Source of the DNA: Sporopachydermia quercuum
Lineage: Eukaryota
Direction: 5' to 3'
Length of the DNA stretch: 64,000 nt
Assembly: GCA_001599295.1 (NCBI GenBank)
Contig: BCGN01000006.1
Span: 992,001 to 1,056,000 of the forward strand
The notes under the pieces were generated by a model. It ran no database searches. It was not told the DNA's origin and saw only the letters and a program-made list of their open reading frames with translations. Below, piece by piece: positions 34,468-45,600 of the stretch; the stretch's first letter is position 1; each line of letters begins with the position of its first letter. The position numbers and the translations under genes are program-made.

Positions 34468-36153
34468 ATGTCGCTTGGTTCTACTCAGAAAACCGCAGAC
34501 GAGCTCGCAGCTGCCTTGGCAAAGATCACTGTTGATTTTGTGAAAGGTCAGCTTGACCAGACGTTCAAACAGGACTATGACCAAGTATTCGATGAAATTA
34601 CTCACGCCGAAGCTCAAATCTCTAAAAATGATGCAAAAACTGCCCGCGCCAGCACCAACGCCAGCAGCAGCTCTTCTAATGCTACTACTAAATCAACACC
34701 TTCAGCAGCTCCTACGGATTACTATACTGATAAAGGCACTCAATACATTGACTTCACATTTGAGAACCCTACAATCTTCCACTGTATCAAAAATATCTCA
34801 CAATTCCTAGGAGAAAACGGATTCAAATACATCTCAGAGAAGGAAAACTGGTCTGATACTATCAGCTCTTCAGCTAAAACACCTGGCAAGTACTTCACCA
34901 CTCGTAATGGTACTAATCTAATCGCCTTCACTATAGGTCCTGACTGGACTCCTGACAAGGGAACAGGTATCATTGGATGCCATATTGATGCTCTAACGAC
35001 CAGATTAAAACCTTTCTCGGTGAAAGAGAAAGTACATGGCTATGAACTTCTCGGAGTTGCTCCTTATGCTGGAGCATTGAGTCCCGTATGGTTAGACAGA
35101 GATTTGGGAATTGGGGGCAGAGTTCTTTACAAGAAATACGATACAACTACGGGCAAGGAAAAGGACTATGAAATTGTTAACAAGATAGTTAAGTCAGAAT
35201 ACCCTATTGCAAGAATTCCTACGTTGGCACCTCATTTTGGCGATATTGCCAATGGGCCTTACAACAAGGAAACCAATATGGTTCCTATTATAGGTTTCGA
35301 TCCGTCTAGCAATGAGAACGAGGAACCCACTGTTGATGAAAAGGATTCACCTTTGATTGGCCGCCATCCTCTGAGTTTACTCAGATTTATCGCGGGGCTA
35401 TGCGACTGTAAGGTCAATGATATTGTCCAAACAGAGCTTGAGATCTATGATGTGCAGAAAGGTACCTTTGGAGGATTGAGCAAAGACTTCATATTTGCTC
35501 CCCGAATCGATGACAGAGTATGTTCGTTCTCTGCTATTAATGGGCTGATTGAATGGGCAAATTCACCTGATTCTAAGCTCGACGACGCATTCTCGGCTGT
35601 TGCATTGTTTGACGATGAAGAAATTGGCTCATTATTAAGACAAGGAGCCCGAGGAGGATTACTTCAGAGTGTTGTTTCTAGAATAACGGAAATCTTAAGT
35701 GGTAAAGAATCCTCTAACGTTTTAAAGACAAACTATGCAAATTCATTCCTGCTTTCTGCAGATGTGACGCATGCCTTGAATCCTAATTTCAACGAAGTTT
35801 ATTTAGAGCACCATAAACCCGTTCCCAATACGGGAATTACCGTTGCCTTAGACTCAAATGGGCATATGGCGACAGACAGTATAACTTTAGCTTTGGTAGA
35901 GGAAGTGGCCCGTCGGAATGGAGATAAATTACAGTATTTCCAGATCAGAAATGACTCAAGATCAGGAGGAACAATTGGGCCAATGCTCAGTTCAGCTACT
36001 GGAATTAAGACAGTCGATTTGGGAGTTCCGCAATTGAGTATGCATAGTATTCGAGCAGCAATGGGTGCTAAGGATGTTGGACTTGCTATTCATTTTTTCC
36101 ACGGGTTTTTCAAGCACTGGATGGATGTTTCAAAGACATTTGGTGATCTTTAG
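34468..36153 (+). CDS. APE1: Vacuolar aminopeptidase I (M18 family)
   Basis: GCHIDA, WLDRDLGIGGR, APRIDDR, DDEEIGS, SADVTH, RSGGTIGP and QLSMHSIR, plus a helical N-terminal propeptide. An in-frame upstream ATG lies at 34393. Confidence 0.92.
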   Translation: MSLGSTQKTADELAAALAKITVDFVKGQLDQTFKQDYDQVFDEITHAEAQISKNDAKTARASTNASSSSSNATTKSTPSAAPTDYYTDKGTQYIDFTFENPTIFHCIKNISQFLGENGFKYISEKENWSDTISSSAKTPGKYFTTRNGTNLIAFTIGPDWTPDKGTGIIGCHIDALTTRLKPFSVKEKVHGYELLGVAPYAGALSPVWLDRDLGIGGRVLYKKYDTTTGKEKDYEIVNKIVKSEYPIARIPTLAPHFGDIANGPYNKETNMVPIIGFDPSSNENEEPTVDEKDSPLIGRHPLSLLRFIAGLCDCKVNDIVQTELEIYDVQKGTFGGLSKDFIFAPRIDDRVCSFSAINGLIEWANSPDSKLDDAFSAVALFDDEEIGSLLRQGARGGLLQSVVSRITEILSGKESSNVLKTNYANSFLLSADVTHALNPNFNEVYLEHHKPVPNTGITVALDSNGHMATDSITLALVEEVARRNGDKLQYFQIRNDSRSGGTIGPMLSSATGIKTVDLGVPQLSMHSIRAAMGAKDVGLAIHFFHGFFKHWMDVSKTFGDL

Positions 36154-39100
36154 GTGGCGGTAGATTTTAGGATTTTCAGGAATGATGCAGCTGTTGATTT
36201 AGTTTTGTTTTAGGGAAGACAGATGGATGGGCGTTGATAGTTTATATTAAAAGTTAATTGATTTGTTATATTAGTAGATGATAGTACTTACCTACCTAAC
36301 CTAGTAAATGTACCTTCGAACCTTGTGATCAAGATTTTATATTCTACACGTACTACAGGATAATCTTATCAATACTTTTCAGAAGCCGAATCCATTTCTC
36401 AGGGCGTTCACCAGCTTTCTACTCAATAAAAGAGCTCCTGTTGGTCTCCTATGGATCTCATCGTATACCTCGAGTTAATGCAAATATCGGAAATGATGTG
36501 CATTTTGAATGGTGTTCTCCGAACAACTCTAAACTTTAATTTCAACTTTATATTTAAAGTGCTGAACCTAATCGAAGTTACAGGTTGGCAGATAAAAGAA
36601 GGATAAGAGTTAAACGTAATGAACTATACTAGTGAATGCGAATATAAGGACTAACGGTAGTAACCATAACTAATAACAACAGTGAAACGCTGGTTTTATC
36701 AATGTAATGTTTCTAAAGCCAAATATAGGTTGTGCCCCGCATTCTGTTTTAGCATGAATAATAATTATCCAAAGCGGGGTGATGTTAGTTAGTCAGTCAA
36801 ATGAATAACTAAAACATTCAAATTAACTCAACGTTATCAATTATCAATGGGCCAATTGCGATTAACTCTGGATGATGGCCTGAAAGGGAAAGATAACTGA
36901 GTAAATTTACACTATAAACTAAACTATAATCATGTACTTTAAACCTTATTCTAGTTGTTCTGCACCTCATCGATTTCAATATACCGTTTGAAGAAGAGAA
37001 TAAATTCGAAAGCAATCAATCATCTATCATTCGTTTAAGAGGAGGATGTTTATTAGTAATCATTAATCTGTCATCAAGGTAGATATTAGATACCTCACAC
37101 TACTATCTATTGCCCAGTAAACAAGAAGGAGCTTATCAACAGAGCAGTGCATGTTAAGGGCATCTATTCATTCAGGATGAATGATATAACGCCGATAGAA
37201 CTATGGTAAAGTTGAAAGTCAGTGAGCTCTCACAAATTGAAGTTTTGCTTTNTTCATCGCCGTAAAATATGGGTAGCCAATTGTAAGGAAACAGTATTTC
37301 TGATGGCTTTCGTAACTTTCCTGTTTTTCATGATTTTTCACCATCCCACTGACTGTTCTGATCCACCATGGTAGATAGAGGAGCTTAGTAGTAGAATAGC
37401 ATTAGAAAAGTAAAGAAAAATATATTGGGCTCAATTGATGTTTTATAAAAATCTAAAAATCTAAGGTTCAGGGAAGTCTGCTNCCATAAAGATTGATATT
37501 CAATTCTGAACATAACAGAATATTCATAGGACCAAACAATAATTCTAAATAGCTCTTTACTTTCATACTAACAACATAGTAAGATAGATGATACAACATG
37601 AATCCCATTGATTCTATCTACTTTCCTATCTTACAACTCAATAAATAATTGAAACGAAGATCTTCTGGTAGTTTCTCTGCCATCAATTATCAACGACTGA
37701 AAAGTGGATTACCGGACTAAAACTCTTCATGGAAATGCTTCACGATCAATTTTCCATAAGGCATTTGAGAAAATGCTGATAATATATGAAAAGAGCTGAA
37801 TTGACGTCAATTCAGTTTTTGTTATTGCTAGAAATATAATTCAGTACTCTACAAAAAGGAAAATCTATAATGTAGCAAGGAAGAGAGAACAGTACCAAAG
37901 AGTATTCAAAGAAACAACTGGAACTCATATTACAGCAACGAATGAAACTTCGTTCTAACATCGATTGATACTCATTAATATTAAAAAATACTAAAGGAAA
38001 TTAAAGTAAAATGGGTTTTATCGTTCAAGTTTAGATATCGCTATAACTTCACCAGGATGATAGCTTCATTGTCAGGTAAGGGAAGAAGATAGTAAGAGCA
38101 TAATTGCGGAAACTAATGGTAATTGGAAGTCAACCTAAATAAGAAGGAAATGACTATTTCTAGGAAAACTTCAAATGTAAGATAAACGACACAAATTAAT
38201 ATCCTTCTTCAGTGAATATTTATTCTTTTCATCGTACTGAGACAGTTTCATATTGTTCAGCAGTTTGGTTTCGAGAATGAGATGAAAACAGTTAGTTTAT
38301 AAAAAAAGCAGTAAATAAGTTAACAAATTAGAGTAATAAAATGTAAGTTATGTTAAATATATATAAAACAAGCCTGGATGTTTTACATATCCAATAGCAG
38401 AATGTATTTTATTAATTGCATTAATAATGGTAAGACTACTAGTTGATAAGGATATATTACCTGTTTCTCTTCATTTCACCTCATGTTTCTCCCATATCAA
38501 AACACCAAATAATAGGAAGTAAAAATAGTAATAATCTTCTTTTCAATCCCATTTCTTTATTCTTTCCTCGCTTCTATTCCATTAATAAGTAAAACCAGTT
38601 AAACGGCTTTAGCATTGATTGTTAGTCCAAATTGGGGAAGACATCGGAACAATTGAGTTCAGACATGGGATTTGAAATAGTGGAAATAATAATAAATAAT
38701 TTGTTATTTCAAACAGAAAAAGATTTTAGGAGATGAGCCGGTAGTTGTAGAATTTGATTTAATTGAGTGAATGTTTCGTCATTGAATGGTATATGAAACG
38801 ACTGTGCTCAAGGAGCGTTTGATGTTAGTTCACATACGATTGAATTGAGCTCGGTTATTAGAATGAATGGAAATGGATTATTGTCCTACTAATAAAGAAG
38901 AAAACGAACCCTTACTATTGAGTATTCTTATATGGTCTACACCTGTGAGGAACTGGAGATAATAATGTGATGAATTCAATGACTTCGGTAAACTTGAATA
39001 GACAGATAGGCGATTTTTCTACAGTACATGAAAGTTTTCTGATTGATCTACCCCACATTTCTGACGGATCGTTTCCGTTATTTAATTATAGCAAATTTCC

Positions 39101-39410
39101 TTACTGTAGTGAATTCGAAGGATTTGGAACGGTAAATATCATCAGATAAATGAGGGAATAGAGTTTCTTTTTAGAATAGACGANGATGTCTCGTTGTGAA
39201 TAGCATAAACAACTGCTTATGTAGTTCTGAGTATTTAGATAAAGCAATGGGTCATAATTACTTTAAATTCTCTAGTAATTGTTAATTCTACTAACCAAGA
39301 AGCATCAATCCTTACAAATAATTGGAACTAAACAGCTCGTACTTCAGCACTGCTTCATAACCAGCTCATGAATATGAGATTTTTCGGAAATGATAGTGGA
39401 AATAAAGTTT

Positions 39411-40446
39411 CTTATCTCAGTAGTCAAAAGATAAACCTTATTTAAGTGTTGCGTCGGCGTATACCGAAATTTAATAAGGTTTCAGATCCATCTACCAAAT
39501 CTCACATGGAAGACAACCTTACATAACGGAGCTCCATCGCCTAAAAACATAAGCCAGCAGAACCCGAAGTTGGCCGAATAAATTGTTATTATTTGAATGG
39601 GGAATTAGAGAAGAAAAGAGCTATAAATTGAAATTCGTCGAGTTTGAGGGTTATGCGCCAGGTGAAAATGGATAAGTATCTTATGTAGTATTGATCAATG
39701 ATAATGGCACTACTGAGTTTTGGTTTCAAGGTAAAACTCACTACTATATGCGAGACAATGCATAATGAATGCATAGGTTGTCCAGACCCCAAGTACAGCA
39801 CTCAGTTACTATATATGTAGATGTACAGGACATAAATAATACTACCTCATAACGATTTCTACCGCAATATTAAAGGTTAATTTTATCCTTTGACGCTTCA
39901 TTTATCATAACACCACCTTTTTTGTATTACCAAGTTGTTTAGCTGGAAATCCAACTGTTTGACCTATTTATTCATTACCTCGTTATCAACTACCAAGTGC
40001 ATCTTCATGCAGAAGCTTGATATATCACATGTACTTACAAACCTACCAAGCTTTTAGTCAATTTTTTCACCTCTCTAAGCTGATAAGAAATATTACCTTT
40101 TCTATTACATCTTCTGCACTTATTATAAGGCTTCTTTTAGTTTCAATCGAATCATCGGAGAAGCGACTATACACCATCTACAAGACTTCCAATTTAGGTT
40201 GAAATTCATTTCCTAGTTGGTAAAAATGGTAATTGCTCCATACATACGAATTCATTGAAGCACGAAGCTTCAAGATGCATCAATAGTATAATATCTAACT
40301 AATTATCAATGATAAGAGATACATGATATACCCCTCATTGAATAAGATGGTTCTGATGGATGGTCTCAAAAGTTTGGGACTAATTATGAATACCCCGCTT
40401 TGAATATCAACTAATTCNTTGCCTTGAAAAATTAATGTAGGATAAG
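39411..40446. promoter_or_regulatory. Cluster of GATAAG/CTTATC nitrogen-catabolite-repression sites, probable DUR1,2 UAS
   Basis: CTTATC at 39411; GATAAG at 39671, 40082, 40311 and 40441. Confidence 0.55.
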
Positions 40447-41103
40447 ATATTAAGAGAAGAGTAGGACATAGTAAATAGGCTTGTGCCTAATTATTTTATC
40501 ATCTTTTTCTATTGGTTTGCTTCTATTGGCCTGACCATATAGGAATTGCGCTTGAAACCAACCAAATCCCGGCGATTCAACGCCTAAAGTCCTCAGTTAT
40601 CAAATCCCGTCTCCAGTTCCAACTTTTCTTATTAATTCCGCTCATTTCAACATCATCCCTGTTGATCTATATCGCCCATCAAAACCATCAATTCCACAAT
40701 TTCGCCGGTCGGATAAACTTGGTTTTGAGCGACCTCGCTAAAGTATTATCATGCATGGACGTGCATATGAACCCAATTAACGTTTCTTATGGAGGTTCAG
40801 TTATAGACTATACGTAACAAACATCAACATCAAAGTAAACTTGAGCTTAATCTTATTTGAAACTTTAATTNCAATTCAAATCTCTTCATTTTATCCAACT
40901 TCAATTCCCATTTAAATAGCAGCGATTTCCTTTAATAAAGCTTTCGNAACAATAGACTTACTGCTATTTAGTTCGTCTTTCCCTTGCTTTCATCATTTAT
41001 TTACGTTTTCCCTTTCAATTTCCAACTTTCATCAAGCTGTTTAATGTATAAACAGAGTAGCAATCACACTACACTCTTTATTCATATTCATCAGTTGTGA
41101 AAT

Positions 41104-42665
41104 GTAAGTATTTGGATCATTTGATGGATAATTTAACGATCTAGTTAATTGTTTAATATGAGATCGTTTGATGGTTAGCATTTAATATATATGTGTGTGA
41201 AAGGTGGTGAAAGGTGGTGAAAGGTGGTCTTGAAATGGGGGTGTGCGGTACGTCCACTCCATCAGGCTACTTTGGGCTGATGGCAGAAATAGCAATAATA
41301 AGAGGATCGAATGAAAATATCCATAAAACATCCATAAAACAGCAAAAACAGCAAAAAACGAAAAAAAAAATTGTACACGAGCAAAGGATGCAAAATATTT
41401 CATTTCATCAGGAAACTGAGAAATAGTAAACGAATTCTGTGGATATTTCTTAGTTTCTCTGCTGTGAATGATTCGTTATGAACTACATGAGAATCTGTCA
41501 ATGGGTGATAATTGAATTGATAGCAGTAATTAACGATGATAATATAATGACAATAATTATTAATATGACTATAATTATAATAGTGGTAATCATATTTAAT
41601 GATGATAGTGGTGATAATCAACGGAAATAATGCGTTAGGAACTTAGGAACTTAGGAACAAAGCACAGAAATAGAAGACAGATTGACTGTAATAACAATAT
41701 GATAGCAGAAATGTCAGAATACGGTAATTAATGATAATTTACGCCATTGCAATCGCTGTTATTACTGTTATGCTTGTTATTGTTGTGTTCGCATTATTAT
41801 TGCAATAATATTTGCAGTACCAGCAACATTAACTGTAACGGACTCACGATAATTACAATAACAATAACTATAATGATTACAGTAATTATAATAAATGAAA
41901 ACCGAATTAAACCAAAACTGAATAGAAAAGAACCTTCAGCGTTTTTCTATCATTTCTATAACGATAACTAATAATTAGAAAGAACTCTATGATGATAATA
42001 ATGCTTGTAGAAGATGGCATTCAGCATTGCCAACACCTACTGCTTTACAGGAATGACACTAACACCCGCAACCACCAGCAACAATAATAGCAATAAACAG
42101 CAATAACAGTATCAAAAACAGTATTGACAACAGTATTAACAACAATTACTATCATTATTATCATAACTATTATCAGGGCCATTATTATCATCATTTCATC
42201 GTTATAATTAATTATAATTGTCATTATGATTGTTATCGTTTACTCCCTCCCACAAGTCATTAATCATCTCATTCAATTCTGTCTTTTGCTACTTACAGCT
42301 GTACGTCTATACTAGAAATATCGGAAATAATTCATATGCGCATTGTTTCCGGAATTGTGAGATTCCGATTAGGTAATCATCGATTACTGATGGAATAAGC
42401 ACGAAGTTAGAGGGGCATTAGCGGTAATTTAGCCGCTATTTTCGGCCAAAAAATCCATTCTGGAATATTGGAAGATCCCGTTCTGGATATTTAAGCGTTA
42501 TTGGCAATTCCCCGGGCTTCTACCCATACTTCCGGCCCGGTTTCCGCTTCTGCTCCTGTTATTTTTCTTGGAACCCCACATACCCCGCGATTACACCTTT
42601 ATAACACACATATTGCACAAAGCGCATCCCTATGACACAAATACTAACTTACCCTCTTCTCATAG
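41104..42665 (+). other. Putative long 5'-UTR intron of DUR1,2 (acceptor well supported, donor tentative)
   Basis: TACTAAC at 42642-42648, a pyrimidine tract, and TAG ending at 42665, 1 nt before the ATG. GTAAGT at 41104 lies downstream of TATAAA at about 41047. Confidence 0.6.
41197..41228 (+). repeat. Tandem repeat (GTGAAAGGTG) x3
   Basis: Read directly from the sequence. Confidence 0.8.
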
Positions 42666-42666
42666 C

Positions 42667-45600
42667 ATGCCTACCACTGGATGGTCAATTTCCCAATGGG
42701 TTAAAGCCCAAAGGGAGTCTTCCCCCGAAGAAGCATATGCCCGCATTTCAAACTTAGTTTCAACTTTATCCCCCGCCTACCCCGCTTCTGCTGTTTCCCC
42801 AAACGGTAATCCTGACCCCGCCTGGATATCCGTCGCTTCCGAAACCTTATTGCAGTCGCAATGGCTCGCCCTGCAATCCTCACCCAATAAGGAGTCCCTT
42901 CCCTTATACGCAGTGCCCGTGGCCATAAAAGACAATATAGACGTTGCAGGTTTCAACACAACTGCCGCTTGTGAGAAATTCGCTAATATCGCCCAAAGAG
43001 ACTCAACAGCCGTGACTATTTTGAAGAAAGCCGGTGCTATTGTCATCGGCAAGACCAATTTAGATCAATTTGCAACTGGTTTAGTCGGCGTTAGGAGCCC
43101 CTACGGTATAACCCCAAATACCTTCTCCCCTGATCACGTGTCTGGAGGGTCCTCAGCCGGATCCGGCTCAGTTGTTGCCCGCGGAATTGTGCCTTTAGCC
43201 CTGGGCACCGACACTGCCGGCTCTGGTCGAGTTCCCGCCAGTCTCAACAACGTCGTCGGCTTAAAACCAACAAGAGGTGTAATTTCCTGCAGCGGGGTAG
43301 TACCCGCTTGTAAATCTCTTGATTGTGTTTCCATTTTCACTTTAAATCTTGCCGATGCGCAATTAAGTTTGGCTCTTTTGGCCAAAGCCGACCGGGATAA
43401 CGACGAGTATTCCCGAGAGTTCCCTAAAACCCCGCTCCGGAAATTCTCAGATAAGCCTGTGTTTGCCGTGCCGGAACAACCCGAATTTTTCGGAGACAAG
43501 TTAAATCCGATTGTATTCGACCAGGCAGTTGACAATTTAGCTCGGATCGGAGTTATCATTAAACGAGTTTCATTTGCCAAGCTACACAAACTAGCTTTGT
43601 GTCTCTACGAAGGCCCTTGGGTCGCGGAACGGTTTGTGGCAGTTAAAAAGTTCCTTGCCGAACATTCCGCCGAGGATTTTGATCCCACTGTGTACAAAAT
43701 CATCAAATCAGCTGAGAAATTCTCGGCCGGAGACGCTTTTGAGTACGAGTATTTGCGCCAGAAGCTTCTTTCGGAAGTTGAGGCCGAATTTGGAAAGTTT
43801 GACGGGCTAGTTGTCCCAACTTGCCCATTATTCCCCAAAATAGCCGAGGTAGTGGCCGATCCTATCGCCGTCAACTCCAAACAGGGTACATATACCAATT
43901 TCGTCAATTTAGCTGACATGTCTGCCTTGGCTATCCCCACCGGCTTTAGATCGGACCATCTTCCCTTCGGCATAACTTTAATCTCCCGAAAGTTTAATGA
44001 CTTTGCATTACTCGATTTGGCATCTCGGTTATTGCATTCCGAACCTTATATCGGCCGCAAGCTGGGAGCCACCGGGCTAATCGCCTCAAAACAGGACGAC
44101 TCAGTTACCGAGCTTATTCCCGAAGTGGATTATTCCCAATACGTCAAGTTAGCCGTAGTTGGCGCCCATTTGAGCGGAATGGCACTTAACTATCAGCTCC
44201 AAGATGCTCGGGCTGTCCTTATTGAGGCAACTAAAACCGCGGCTAAATATAAACTTTATCATTTGCCTAATACTGTTCCGGCAAAACCCGGTTTGAGAAA
44301 AATAACCGGCCAGGGTGAAACCGGGTATAGTATTTATGTGGAAGTCTATGCTGTGCCCAAGGACACTTTAGGTTCGTTTGTCTCCCTTATTCCTGCTCCT
44401 TTAGGCATTGGCTCGGTTGAATTGCTCAATGGGGAAGTCGTCAAGGGCTTCATTTGTGAAGAATCTGGATATTTAGCTGAAGGAGCCGTCGATGTCTCCC
44501 AATACGGCAGCTGGAAAGCTTACATCGCCGCTACTACCACAACTACTACCCAACCGGGCAATATACCCGATACTAAGGCCAAAAAGCCGTTTAATTCCGT
44601 GCTTATTGCCAATCGTGGTGAAATCGCCGTACGAATCATCAAAACCTTAAAACGCTTACACATTAAAGCTATTGCCGTTTACTCAAACGGGGATAAATAC
44701 GCCAAACACGTTGAATTAGCCGACGAGGCCATCCCGCTTAACGGAACCTCGGCTACCGAGACTTATTTGTCTATTGATAAAATCATAGCTGCGGCTAAAT
44801 CCTCGGGAGCGGAAGCAATTATCCCCGGTTACGGCTTTTTGTCCGAGAACGCCGACTTTTCCGATAAATGTACCGAAGAAGGTATTGTGTTTGTCGGCCC
44901 CACCGGTGACGCTATCCGGAAATTAGGCTTGAAACACTCGGCTCGAGAAATAGCTGAGGCTGCCAACGTTCCGCTTGTACCTGGATCCGGCTTAGTGGAA
45001 TCCGAAGAAGACGCTTTGACCATCGCAGCCGAGCTTACCTATCCCGTTATGATCAAATCGACGGCCGGCGGAGGTGGCATCGGCCTCCAGAAAGTCGATA
45101 AAGCCGAGGACCTGAAAAAGGCCTTCCACACAGTGAAGCATCAAGGTTTGTCCTATTTCGGCGACGCAGGCGTGTTTATCGAACGCTTTGTTGAAAATGC
45201 CCGTCATGTGGAGGTGCAAATGTTTGGAGACGGCCTCGGCAGAGCAATCGCGCTAGGCGAAAGAGACTGTTCTTTGCAACGCCGAAACCAGAAGATTATT
45301 GAGGAAACCCCCGCCCCTAATTTGCCCGAAGCCACCCGAATTGCCATGCGGAAAGCCGCCGAGGGATTAGGCTCGGTTATGAAGTATAGGTGTGCCGGTA
45401 CCGTTGAGTTTATTTTTGACGAGAAGCGGAACGAATTTTACTTCCTGGAAGTAAACGCTCGGCTCCAGGTTGAACATCCGATTACGGAAATGGTAACCGG
45501 GTTAGATTTAGTGGAATGGATGTTGTTGATTGCCGCCGGTAATCCTCCTGATTTCAACCAGGAGATTAAAGTTACCGGGGCGGCTATGGAAGCTCGGCTT

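Noticed and set aside
37690..37830. TGA-interrupted frame as a NUMT or pseudogene
   Set aside because: It also contains TAA/TAG stops and has no recognisable similarity to a mitochondrial or other protein.
41635..41658. (TTAGGAAC)x3 and similar short repeats as interstitial telomeric or CRISPR-like repeats
   Set aside because: Only three adjacent copies, no spacers, and different units at each site; they look like ordinary slippage repeats.
41104..42665. TPP riboswitch in the putative DUR1,2 intron
   Set aside because: CTGAGA occurs at about 41416, but the downstream aptamer core (GATC..GGATAAT..GCG) and pairing stems are absent. Known yeast cases involve DUR31 and THI genes, not DUR1,2.
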